Virus record (IMG/VR): IMGVR_UViG_3300017613_002557
Coordinates: 26,005-90,004 of that record
Reading direction: 5' to 3' (one strand)
DNA from: a virus
Length of the DNA stretch: 64,000 nt
Of the stretch, positions 18,734 to 29,200 are shown piece after piece (within the stretch, counting starts at the first letter, position 1; each line of letters starts with the position of its first letter). Position numbers and translations under genes: made by a program. The notes under the pieces were generated by a model that was not told the origin of the DNA, made no database searches, and saw only the letters and a program-made list of their open reading frames with translations.

Positions 18734-19203
18734 AGGTACTCAGTGTTAATCAACCGTATGCCTGGCTGCTGTTTTACCCGCTAGATCGATGTAAAACCGT
18801 CGAAAACCGGCCTTGGAACACGGACTATCGAGGCCCGCTGTTGATTCATGCCGGAAAGGTGCCGAATGTCGATTTTTCAACAGATCGATGTACAATAGAT
18901 CTTGCGCGGCTCGAACAATACCTGTCAACCAAACAGATCAGCGTGCAGGAGCTTGAACGATGGGTGGTCGCTCACGGACGCGCAAGCGTGCAGGATATTT
19001 TTCTGTACGGCGGCATCATCGGGATTGTGACATTGCGCGATGTCGGACACGATCCGAAAAACGTCTGGGCGCTCCCGAATCTCCTGCAATGGCAACTTAG
19101 AAATCCGGTCCCGCTGCCATTCACACGATGCAGCGGACGATACGGACTCTTTGATGTCACGCTGCCACGGCGCGTGATGGATATTATCAACACATATAGG
19201 TGA
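18730..19203 (+). CDS. ASCH domain protein
   Basis: MKVLSVNQPYAWL...KTVENRPWNTDYRGPLLIHAGK...GIIGIV...G-x-x-GLF. Confidence 0.9.
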   Translation: MKVLSVNQPYAWLLFYPLDRCKTVENRPWNTDYRGPLLIHAGKVPNVDFSTDRCTIDLARLEQYLSTKQISVQELERWVVAHGRASVQDIFLYGGIIGIVTLRDVGHDPKNVWALPNLLQWQLRNPVPLPFTRCSGRYGLFDVTLPRRVMDIINTYR

Positions 19204-19207
19204 ATTT

Positions 19208-19576
19208 ATGGAAACACGCCATTTTAACGTATATCTTGGGACATCTCATAAAGACGACATTACCAGCGCTATACACACAATTGCCGATCACTGGGCAATG
19301 CTCGGAATGAAAAAAATCAGACTCTTTCCATGCTGTCAGCGAATGCGGCTCTTTCTGGTAATTACTGCGAACGGATGGGGTCGCCTGGATATTCTGGATC
19401 TTGAGAATATCTTTACTACCGGGTGCATGCGGCAAAAAAGACAATATACGTATCCGAATCCGCAAAAACGCTATACCGGAGAGTGGTACACATACACCAC
19501 ACCACAAACACTGCGACATACCACCTGCTTTGAGGATACACCACGACATAAAAGTAAAGCAATATGGAGCAAATAA
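19208..19576 (+). CDS. Hypothetical protein
   Basis: AGGTG RBS, within an operon. Confidence 0.5.
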   Translation: METRHFNVYLGTSHKDDITSAIHTIADHWAMLGMKKIRLFPCCQRMRLFLVITANGWGRLDILDLENIFTTGCMRQKRQYTYPNPQKRYTGEWYTYTTPQTLRHTTCFEDTPRHKSKAIWSK

Positions 19577-20529
19577 GTACCATCTTAATAGTCGATGATG
19601 ACACCAACACCCGCAGCGCGATGGGCGCATTGTTAGCTCATGAAGGCTACCGTTTAGTGTTTGCGAAGAGTGGTCAGGAAGCGTTGAAAAAAGCAGCAGA
19701 GATACAAATAGATGTGGTATTACTAGACATTATGATGCCGGATATGAACGGATATGAGGTCTGCCGACAGTTACGAGCCTCCCCTTTTTCGGCAGAAGTC
19801 CCGGTAATTATGGTGACAGCTTTGGATAATCGGGATGCTCGCTTACAAGGTATCGAGGCCGGAGCAGATGAGTTTGTGTCGAAACCGTTTGACCGTGTGG
19901 AATTACGTATGCGTATCCGCACCATCGTGCGACTCAACCGCTACCGTCAGTTGCTCAATGAACGTGCCGATCTGGAAAAAGCCTATGACGATACCTTAAA
20001 AGGCTGGTCATTAGCCCTGGAATTACGCGATAATGAGACGCAAGGCCATAGTCAGCGGGTCACACAGATGACGCTCACCCTGGCACGTATGATGGGAATT
20101 CCGGAAATTGAATTTCCGCATGTGTATCGTGGCGCACTCTTGCATGATATTGGAAAGATGGGCATTCCCGATAGCATTTTGCATAAACCCGGACCATTAA
20201 CCGATGAAGAATGGACGATTATGCGGAAACACCCGGTATATGCCTATGAGTTACTGTCATCGATTGCTTATCTCCGACCGGCACTGGACATCCCCTATTG
20301 CCATCACGAGCATTGGGACGGTTCGGGATACCCGCGTGGATTACACGCCGAAAACATCCCGCAATCAGCCCGTATCTTTGCCATCGTGGACGTGTGGGAC
20401 GCCTTGCGTTCAGATCGTCCGTATCGCAAAGCATGGTCAGAAGAACGTGTCAGGGACCATCTGCAAGAACAATGCGAAATCCTATTTGATCCGCAGGTGG
20501 TTGCCATGTTTCTGACAATAGAGGTGTGA
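19564..20529 (+). CDS. Response regulator receiver + HD-GYP cyclic-dinucleotide phosphodiesterase (RpfG-like)
   Basis: ILIVDD, LLDIMMPDMNG, VTA, KPF; TQGHSQRV, LHDIGK, HHEHWDGSGYPRGL, DVWDALRSDRPYRK. Confidence 0.95.
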   Translation: MEQISTILIVDDDTNTRSAMGALLAHEGYRLVFAKSGQEALKKAAEIQIDVVLLDIMMPDMNGYEVCRQLRASPFSAEVPVIMVTALDNRDARLQGIEAGADEFVSKPFDRVELRMRIRTIVRLNRYRQLLNERADLEKAYDDTLKGWSLALELRDNETQGHSQRVTQMTLTLARMMGIPEIEFPHVYRGALLHDIGKMGIPDSILHKPGPLTDEEWTIMRKHPVYAYELLSSIAYLRPALDIPYCHHEHWDGSGYPRGLHAENIPQSARIFAIVDVWDALRSDRPYRKAWSEERVRDHLQEQCEILFDPQVVAMFLTIEV

Positions 20530-20726
20530 CTTTGAAAGTACATACATGCCCACATTGTAGCAGTCAGGACGTGATCGTTCGACAGGAGACGCTGTTTTGT
20601 AAAACGTGCCGGAAACATTCAGCGGTCACAAAGCCGGAAGAGATTATCTATAGTCGTGCGTTTTATCTTGCTGCCAAGGTGCCTGCAGCACAGATTACGT
20701 CACTGAAGAACAGGAAAAACGGCTGA
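20526..20726 (+). CDS. Small zinc-ribbon protein
   Basis: CPHC...CKTC; GTGA overlap with the upstream gene. Confidence 0.6.
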   Translation: MTLKVHTCPHCSSQDVIVRQETLFCKTCRKHSAVTKPEEIIYSRAFYLAAKVPAAQITSLKNRKNG

Positions 20727-20826
20727 AATATGAGACACTTCTGCGTGCATGACACGTTGCCTCTTTTTTGGCGCACATGCGTCGTTTTTGCCGGGCAGAC
20801 ACATGTGTGCAGAGGTGCTTTTTATT

Positions 20827-21816
20827 ATGAAAGATGCTGAGTTTACATTCGGCTCTGTGTTCGCCGGAGCCGGTGGTTTCGATCTTGGGCTGGAGCGTGC
20901 CGGGATGACGTGTAAATGGCAGATTGAGAAAGATCGGTTTTGTCTCGATGTGCTCTCAACGCATTGGCCCGATGTGCCAAAATATCACGATGTTATCGAC
21001 TGCGGAAACCACAACCTCTCACCAGTTAGCCTTATTTGCGGGGGATTTCCATGCACAGACATTTCATGTGGAGGAAGCCGCGAGGGATTGGCTGGAAAAT
21101 CCTCACAGCTTTGGTTCCCGATGCTCCGAATTTTTGAAGAATTGCGTTCAGCATGGGTACTTATTGAAAACGTACAAAATTTACTGTATTCCAATGGAGG
21201 GGCTGACTTTGCCGCCATCATTTCAGGGCTGGTTGAATGCGGGTATCGCGTGGCATGGAGGTGCTTTGACTCTCAGAACTTCGGACTCGCCCAACAACGC
21301 AAGCGCCTCTATATTGTCGGACATCTTGGAGACGGATGCGCCGCGCAAATACTTTTTGAGCCCGACTGCCTGTCGCGGTATTCTGAGACGCGCACAGCGC
21401 AGAGGAGTGAAAATCCCCTTGGCGTTGAAGCGTCACTTGATGATCATTGCGAACGAGCAGACTACACCCCAGCAACCCTGACCCATTCGCATGGACGCAA
21501 TAGACCGGATGAAACCTTTGTGTCATACGGATTCGGAAAATACAAGAAGTCCGATGTCATCCATACGATTCGTGCGTCCGGGGGTGATAGTGGACGTGGC
21601 AGCGAGGCATTATATGTGGTGCCGCAACGTGGTATCCGAAAACTCATGCCACTCGAACACGAACGCTTGCAAGGATTCCCGGATCATTGGGCGGCGATGT
21701 GTTCCGATACACAACGTTACCGCATGATGGGAAATGCCGTGTCCATCCCCGTTGTCGAATGGATCGGGCGCCGTATCTATGCGCTAAAAGATTATGAATT
21801 ACAAACAATGTCCTAA
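20827..21816 (+). CDS. dcm: DNA (cytosine-5)-methyltransferase
   Basis: FAGAGG, GGFPC, ENV, QQRKR, ERLQGFPD, GNAV. Confidence 0.95.
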   Translation: MKDAEFTFGSVFAGAGGFDLGLERAGMTCKWQIEKDRFCLDVLSTHWPDVPKYHDVIDCGNHNLSPVSLICGGFPCTDISCGGSREGLAGKSSQLWFPMLRIFEELRSAWVLIENVQNLLYSNGGADFAAIISGLVECGYRVAWRCFDSQNFGLAQQRKRLYIVGHLGDGCAAQILFEPDCLSRYSETRTAQRSENPLGVEASLDDHCERADYTPATLTHSHGRNRPDETFVSYGFGKYKKSDVIHTIRASGGDSGRGSEALYVVPQRGIRKLMPLEHERLQGFPDHWAAMCSDTQRYRMMGNAVSIPVVEWIGRRIYALKDYELQTMS

Positions 21817-22471
21817 AATCAGCGCGGCACTCTGGAAAGCCGGGATTCACACAAAAGGAATCGACGCGGTCATTCACGCCTGCTGCGCGTTGCTCACGGA
21901 AGGTTATTCGCTCAGACATGTCGCGAACATCTGTCAGATTCACAAGAACACGCTCGCGCACCATCTTCGCGATGAAGACTTACCCGCATCGTATCCCGGA
22001 GAATGGCATCGATTTCCGTTTATCCGCGAGGCCATGCACGCGCAGTATGTGTTCGTACGCACGCCGGATGATATGGATATGTGGTGTGCGTTGGAACATC
22101 GTGGCGGGTATTCGTGCAACCGCTTGGCAGATGTGATCGGAATCACGTCTGGCACTGTGCGGCAGCATGTGAAACGCGGGAAAACCCTGCTGATTACACA
22201 CGCCCCTCCGGCATTACCTCCACTTCCGTATCATATTACCGTGCCGATCCCAAAATTGGACCCTGGCACACTGGTAAAGGTCGCGCACCCGCGCTATTGT
22301 CTGATGGGTACGTTTCTGCGCTGGAGCGTGACCAAACACCATACGCGCATTAATGTGGAGGTCAACGGCCATCCGGTGGCTGTAAATCAAAAACGAATCG
22401 AGTTGTATTCAACCACACCGGCACAAGCGGTCGAACCGGTCACAGACGATGATTTTATAAAATTCACTTGA
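21794..22471 (+). CDS. HTH DNA-binding protein
   Basis: Two HTH-like segments (GYSLRHVANICQIHKNTL; GYSCNRLADVIGITSGTV). Confidence 0.6.
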   Translation: MNYKQCPKISAALWKAGIHTKGIDAVIHACCALLTEGYSLRHVANICQIHKNTLAHHLRDEDLPASYPGEWHRFPFIREAMHAQYVFVRTPDDMDMWCALEHRGGYSCNRLADVIGITSGTVRQHVKRGKTLLITHAPPALPPLPYHITVPIPKLDPGTLVKVAHPRYCLMGTFLRWSVTKHHTRINVEVNGHPVAVNQKRIELYSTTPAQAVEPVTDDDFIKFT

Positions 22472-22508
22472 CGGAAAATTGCGCCACCGGTAGGGTATGT
22501 ACGCAGAC

Positions 22509-22538
22509 ACACCGAGGGTTTCGTGAAACCCTCGGTGT
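22509..22538. repeat. Perfect inverted repeat with 14-bp arms
   Basis: ACACCGAGGGTTTC-GT-GAAACCCTCGGTGT. Confidence 0.85.
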
Positions 22539-22679
22539 ATTGGTTATGCATGTATCCCGGACAAGTTACTCAGAAGAGGCACACAGAGTGCCAGAACGGA
22601 CGGTATGGGAAGTCTCTGTGATTCGTGAGGTTTTGTCAAGAACTTTTTTCACAAGCTCACGAACATACCGCAAAAAATC

Positions 22680-24788
22680 ATGCCATCACTCAAAATTTCA
22701 GACCTGCCAGCAACTATTCAGCAGGATAAACAATTAACCGTGTCGATGAAGCGGATCTGTCTACGAATCCTGTATCAAACACTCCATTATGGGGCCTGTT
22801 ACGATGCCAATAAAGAGTTCGTTACACTGTTAAAACGCGGACACAGACCGGCACAAGTCAGCACACGATCAGTGCGGCGCTGGATGATCATGCTTCAAGA
22901 GAAACAGATCGTGATTGTGACCTCAGAACCCCACGCCGTGCGGCGCTGTCTGATCATGAATCCTGACTTAACAATGCAGGTGAAAACCGATCAATATCCG
23001 GAAATTCAGCGGTACACACAAGTCTGTCGAAAAATCCTGGAAATGACCGGGACTACGTCGTTTTCAGAGTTGCTAAGGATTGACACAAGTCGAATTGACA
23101 TACTTTTGGGTATTCACATTGAGACACTGCCGAGACATGCGGATAAGTCTCGTGAAAACAAACTGTTAGAACGGTTTGTGTCCGCGCTTTTGAATGATGA
23201 GCGCGGCGTTACAAACGTTAGCCAAGGAGCGTCAGAAGGGGTGGGCGAGAAAGAGGTTGGAATCCCTCTGAGAGAAGCAAAAGTCAGGACAAAATCAGAG
23301 GATGGAAAACAGGGCAATGTCCGTCCAGAAGATCCTGGAAGTAGTAACAAAGATAATGAGTTACAAGGTGAAATGTCCGCGCAGAAGTTTTGGAATGTTG
23401 CTGCGCCAGGGTACGGTGTCCGTCCAGAAGATCCTGGAAGTAGTAACAAAGATAATGAGTTACAAGGTGAAATGTCCGCGCAGAAAAACGACAATGTCCG
23501 TCCAGAAGATCCTGGAAGTAGTAACAAAGATAATGAGTTACAAGGTGAAATGTCCGACCGAGAGATCGATGACCCAAAGGCGGACATTTCGGACAATGTT
23601 CGCCTGAGAGATCCTGGAAGTAGTAACAAAGATAATGAGTTACAAGGTGAAATGTCCGCGCAGGACATCGACCGGGTAGGTTTTGGGCAATTTTCTGGTG
23701 TCCGTTCAAGAGATCCCGAAAGTGGTAATGGCAATAATGACTTACAAGGTGAAATGTCCGCCGAGAGATCGGAAAACGGTGCTACAATGTGGGGGCGGAC
23801 ATTCCGCGGACATTCCGCGGACACAAACTTTTGTAAATCCGTCGCTGGAAACGCCCGCCAGCAGGGCGAAGACAACCCCTCCTCGCGCGCGCATTCCGGA
23901 TCTCGGATCTCGGTAAAAGAAAGAGTCGGATCTGGGATCTTGAAAGAGGATCGCGAGGCCCTATCAAACTTTTCCGCTCCGCTTTTCTTTTCTTTTTTTC
24001 AAGAGCAGGAACACAGCAACCCCTCGGCGCTCTTCGGACTTGCGTCGGTAAATCTGCTGTTCGGCCCGATTTACGGGCCTATAGACCCCACAACCCATGC
24101 TGCGTTTTTCGCCACTTTTGCGGAGTATAACCCCCCCCAACCCGTCCTGCAACCCGCAACTATCACGGTGTTTAGCGCCTGGATCGCTCAACAATATTCG
24201 CATTTTACGGACACAGGAGAATTGACGTTTCAACCAACCAACGGGTATGCGGTGATTCAACAGTTTTTGGCAGATGCCCATACCACGGCGTACCCACAGT
24301 TTCCAGAGACAAACGACGCACTCGATATGTTTCGGTTATGCTTCGCCGTCTCCCTGTCGGTACAGCAGCAACGTCTGATTATGGCCACTGTCAGGAATCT
24401 TGAACTGTGGCAACACACGCTGTCGGAATGGGCCGATCAACCAGGACGGTCAGGCCAAGGATGGAATCCGGCGAATGTCCCCGGACTTCTAGACCGCTAC
24501 CGGAGAAAATGCCGCGCTGTCGATGTGCTGTTTCACGAACACCAACCCACAGGCTTAACGGTGATCGAACTCCCCACAGAGGAACGGGTCGCCTATTGGC
24601 TGAAACTGGAAATCAGCGAAACGCAACGAAAGTTTTTGGAACACGCTGTCAACAATCCGGAATTTCCCGCTATCACCAGCCTGGAAACCGTGTTTCAACA
24701 CCCGGAACTTCTCCCCGAAACAGACGCATGTCGGGATATTCTGGCAAACTTTACGCAACATGGTGAAAATATCGAAAAAAGTGCTTGA
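22680..24788 (+). CDS. Putative replication initiator (N-terminal winged HTH, central DNA repeats)
   Basis: GACYDANKEF...VSTRSVRRWMIMLQEKQIV resembles phage Rep wHTH; internal iteron-like repeats as in lambda O-type genes. Confidence 0.7.
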   Translation: MPSLKISDLPATIQQDKQLTVSMKRICLRILYQTLHYGACYDANKEFVTLLKRGHRPAQVSTRSVRRWMIMLQEKQIVIVTSEPHAVRRCLIMNPDLTMQVKTDQYPEIQRYTQVCRKILEMTGTTSFSELLRIDTSRIDILLGIHIETLPRHADKSRENKLLERFVSALLNDERGVTNVSQGASEGVGEKEVGIPLREAKVRTKSEDGKQGNVRPEDPGSSNKDNELQGEMSAQKFWNVAAPGYGVRPEDPGSSNKDNELQGEMSAQKNDNVRPEDPGSSNKDNELQGEMSDREIDDPKADISDNVRLRDPGSSNKDNELQGEMSAQDIDRVGFGQFSGVRSRDPESGNGNNDLQGEMSAERSENGATMWGRTFRGHSADTNFCKSVAGNARQQGEDNPSSRAHSGSRISVKERVGSGILKEDREALSNFSAPLFFSFFQEQEHSNPSALFGLASVNLLFGPIYGPIDPTTHAAFFATFAEYNPPQPVLQPATITVFSAWIAQQYSHFTDTGELTFQPTNGYAVIQQFLADAHTTAYPQFPETNDALDMFRLCFAVSLSVQQQRLIMATVRNLELWQHTLSEWADQPGRSGQGWNPANVPGLLDRYRRKCRAVDVLFHEHQPTGLTVIELPTEERVAYWLKLEISETQRKFLEHAVNNPEFPAITSLETVFQHPELLPETDACRDILANFTQHGENIEKSA
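23319..23760 (+). repeat. Five 61-bp direct repeats inside the Rep gene
   Basis: Copies at 23319, 23418 and 23496 are identical; 23598 and 23700 have diverged; unit GTCCGTCCAGAAGATCCTGGAAGTAGTAACAAAGATAATGAGTTACAAGGTGAAATGTCCG. Confidence 0.95.
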
Positions 24789-24813
24789 CAAAATCACGTT
24801 CCACCAGTAAGCT
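24785..24813 (+). promoter_or_regulatory. Sigma70-type promoter facing the long non-coding region
   Basis: TTGACA-17-TAAGCT, overlapping the Rep stop codon. Confidence 0.5.
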
Positions 24814-25219
24814 TTTCTGCAATACAGACCGTGAAATCCGTGGATCCTCCATAATGACGGGGAATACACGCTGATTTTATGCAATGGAGACACCCACAAA
24901 ACATAATTTGGCGCCCGCCATGAGATATAACGTCCTGGCCTGGATGGGGATTACCCCCTGAGCCTTCCGAGGTTGCTCTGCACTTGTCGAATTAATATAA
25001 ACGAATACGAAGCTACTACTCTGAGATTTTGTCGCATCCTGGGGCAAATTTGGAAGCTATTTGAACACCCACAATCCCATACCACCACCCACACTCCCCA
25101 TAATGTGAACAATAACCGTACCACGTTGTGGCAGTGTCCGATTTCCGACATATCTACTGTCTAATTTACGACCCCCCCCTATGCCTGGCTAACATATTCC
25201 CGCCCACCCTATCCCCACC

Positions 25220-25379
25220 GTTGCAAAATGCAACACCCCCCACACCATACCATTTCATATTGAAACACCCAACCCCAATCCAGCCAGTATATACTCAACC
25301 CCACTAGCCACTATACCCCATATTACTGTTTCAATATGAAACACTGTTGCATTCTGCAACAGTGTTGCATTCTGCAACA
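25220..25379. repeat. Cluster of parS-like palindromes TGTTKCA-N3-TGMAACA
   Basis: Partial copies at 25220-25234 and 25253-25265; full copies at 25327-25343, 25345-25361 and 25363-25379. Confidence 0.8.
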
Positions 25380-26222
25380 CCCCCTCCGTAAATCCCCCAT
25401 AAACACACCCATACTAACTTAAAATAACTTAAAATAACTTAAACTGACTTATGCCCACTCAACACTTACTCAACACTTACCCATAAACTATCCAACACCT
25501 GCTCAATACTTGACCATAATTTGACCATAATTGAAACAAATTACAGGTAGGTTTTGGAGCAAAATTGGGAGTATGCTAGCTTTTTCCTGGGATTTGTTAG
25601 GACATTCGTGATCCTGGGTTCGCCTTCTATCAGGGCGATAAAAGGGGGGTGAAGGATTTATTACTTTCTTTTCTTTGTGCTTTTTCTGCGTTTTTTCTGC
25701 GGTTCGATAATTTTTACGAAATCGGTGAGAAATTGTTGGGCAACTTTTGAGTAACTTTTGATATTATTGGGGTAGTGCGGCAAAAATTCGCAGTTGGCAG
25801 ATATGATGCTACAATGTGGTATGATGACTGTCACATTGTAGCATGGTGTTTTTAAGAGGAGAAATATACTTTCCTATTTTTTGATATTTCGTTTATGGGA
25901 AAAAGTGCCTTGTTTTTGATGGTGCATGCATCTTTTTCGTTGACATGTGCTGGTTAATTTGGCAGGGTTTAGGAATGCGAACATTTTTTATTACTATGGA
26001 CAGCAACATTTACGCACGAAGGCCATATCATGTAATGGCCTCGAATGGCTGCTGTGTTGGCAAGAAGAGGACACTTGCGGCGGCGCGTGTATGTAAGACC
26101 AGTCGCGAGAAAGAGGAGTTTCGGAAGGTGGTGCGGGATATATACCGGGCAAGGTGGGGCAAACAGAGACAGAACGAGCGGTATTGAAAAGGTGTCCACT
26201 TGTATTTATGTCACCTGATCAG

Positions 26223-29200
26223 TCAGGATCTCGCAATCTTTCTGACGATTTCCTGTGGCGATGCCATATTCACCCTATTTGTGGTATTGGTTGTGACATG
26301 GCACTTTAGGCCATGCGTGATATTCAGGTGAATCGCGGTTGTTTCGGCGAGTGCTTCACCTGCCGACATGCCAGGACGTTTCTGAATGTTCGCATGGTTA
26401 TAGTCTGGGTACGTCACGACAAGAATAATTTCCATCGTATTATCCTCCAGTTTTCTGGTTTAGACGCGGTTACGCGGGTTTTTCTGGGCGTTTCGATAGT
26501 GTCGATCAGCTTCACGCAGTCCCATTTCGTAAAAATATTCCCGGTTACTGGTAGCTGCGCGCCCGCGTAGTGACTTCTCTCGTTTTGTTCCGGCGCTAGA
26601 AATGAACCTTCCATTTAGACGTACAGTATAGTGGTATGCGTCGTATTCTATGGTATACCCTGCTTTTCTAAGGGTGTCAACATTTATTCCGGGGATATTC
26701 ATGGTTTTCTCCTGGTTTTAGAAGGGGTTCGCGTTCTTTTTGGTCGAAGATCATGATGTAGGCGTGTTCGTCGTTACCGAGGGGGACGAAAAATGGGCTG
26801 GCTTTTGCTCTAATGAGCAGCGAATTCCAGGCTTCTTCGTCGTTTTTTGGGGTAGCTGGATGTGGGTTGTCATGTGAGGGGTGGTCGCAGAATCCGGCTA
26901 TATATTGGCACTTATCGAAGATATTGAGTTCTACTTGTTTTTTATGGCTGCATACGGTAGCTACTCCGGCGTATGCATGGATGATAAACCCGTGTTTTTC
27001 GTAGTCTTTCATGAGTTTTTCCCAGTCTATTCTACGTTGTTCCTTGTTATTCATAGTTACCTCACTTGTATTTGTGGGGCATATTCAGTCTACCTGTATT
27101 TGTCCCGCTGATTCAGTCAGTATAATTGGGTTGTCTAGTCTCTTTTCTCTGCCACCTTATTGCACTTGTTGAAACGCCGACGTATTCTTGGCGCGTATAC
27201 ACGGCTGTCAATATAGTAGGGTTCCCCACGTTTCCATTCTCTTTCAGCGGCAGATGCTATCCACGGGCAATCGTGAGTGTGGCGCAGTTCGTACAGGACA
27301 GCTTTTTGTTCATCTGTGTGTGTTTTTTTCATTGTTATTTTCCTTAAATGTCCTATGAGAGATTCTGTAAACGGTGTAATTACAATAGTTTGCAAGGCAA
27401 TTTGTCCGTTGAGAGTTAGTATAGAGGGCCATATTGCGCGAGTTCTCTTTTGCTTACTGGACCTGGCATATCGCGTTCATAGTGTGTGGCGCAGTAGGTT
27501 CCGCATGTCGGTTCATCGTCGCAGGTTAGGAAGACTCTTTCTCCGACGTAGATTACTTGTCCGCACCAGGCACAGTGGCATTCTTCGCTGTGATGGTCTA
27601 CGATATAGAAATTTCTCATAATGGCTCACCTCCTTGTTGTTGCTCTGTCAGGGTTTTGTGGTGTTGACGCCATTTTTTCTCTTTATGTTTTGTCAGGACG
27701 GTAACTGCCATAGACCTGATTGTATTGCGACTTGTGATAAAGAGGTGGCGTATGATTGTGTGTTCTTTTCCCAGGAGTCCACCGGTTGTGAGGTGGTCCA
27801 CAAGGTACGGTTTATTCTTCATTGGGTTCTGCATTTTTTTACGTCGCACGATCAGCAGATTCTTTGTGCCTTTATGCGTGATTGTGACGGCATATTCAAT
27901 CGTATCATCATTGGGCGGATCTTCTGGAAGTTGTCGTTCTACTTCTTTGCGGATTTGTGTGTTGGTCATCATAGTAATGTTTCCTTTCGTTGTTCTGGCG
28001 TACAATTCTGTTAATTTTGGTTTAATGCATTATTCATTGTTTCCACAAATGGGCATTATGTTTAAGATACAAGGGCAAGCTGAAAATTTTGAACTTGTTC
28101 TTCAGTAAGTTCAAAAGGATAATCAACTACCCCGAACTTGAATTTAGGGTGTTCTCTATTGCTTTGAATAATCCATCCATCGGGCACCTGTGCTTTGGCA
28201 AGCGGTCTGTATTTCAATCCGTATGACCAGCGTCTCCCCGTATAAGTATCATTGAAAATAGCCTTCATTTCACTCACTCCTTTTTCTGTTCAGCAAGAGT
28301 CCCTGACAGGGTTTTATGGCGTTCAATCCATCCCAAAGCGTCTTGTTTGCTGATGAGTTCGTACCCATCGCTGAGAAGCGTATTTTGTCTTGTAAGCTGA
28401 AAGTATTTCAGTATAAGTCTATTTTTACCGCTTACTGGTTGTTTTGACAGCTTTTCAATGTGGATTGTATCACATCCTGTCTTGTGAATCCGTTTAAAGC
28501 TGGCAAAGATGAGGCGTTCTTCGCCATTGACCCTGATAATTACAGGGTATTGTGTATGTGTGGCTCGTATTGAGCTGAGCTGATCTTCTATTTGGTGTCT
28601 AATCTCAACGTACATTGTCGTACCTCCATTCCTGGTGTGATAAATACTTGGAGTGTATTTTCGCGTCGAAACAGCACGAGACCTCCAAAGATTTCATCGT
28701 AGTGCTGTATAAGATGCAAAACCATGCCCCTTGTGTATTGAACGTCATAGGTGAACGTTTTTCTATTCAGCTTTGTGATCGTGCCGGAGACACAGCCGCG
28801 AATACCGTCGCGTGGACTATAGATATAATCGCCCACTTCGAGATGCTGTTTTATTTCTTCTGGTGTCGTGATCTGAATATCGTTACCGTATGTGAACCTG
28901 TCTAATAGTTGTGGTCTGGTGAATTGTTTCATAGTGTTTCCTCCCTTTCAATGTGTGTGATTTCGTGTGTTGTTAGTCCATCACGGAGAGCGGCAGTTTT
29001 CATGTCGTGAATCCAGGCATTCACACGTTGTATGTTTGGGTCATCGACAAGGCAGCGTACTCCATGTACGGTTCTTGGTGGCAGTGTTGGTCTATTATGA
29101 GATGTTTCCATGATATTGACAGCGTATCCTGTTTTCTTTTTTGCGGCGACAAGGAGTCGTCTTATAAAAAGAATAATGTTGTCGTATTCTTGTTTTGTGA

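Noticed and set aside
23319-23760. CRISPR array
   Set aside because: The repeats are 61 bp, spacers range from 17 to 41 bp and preserve the reading frame within a CDS, and no cas genes are present.
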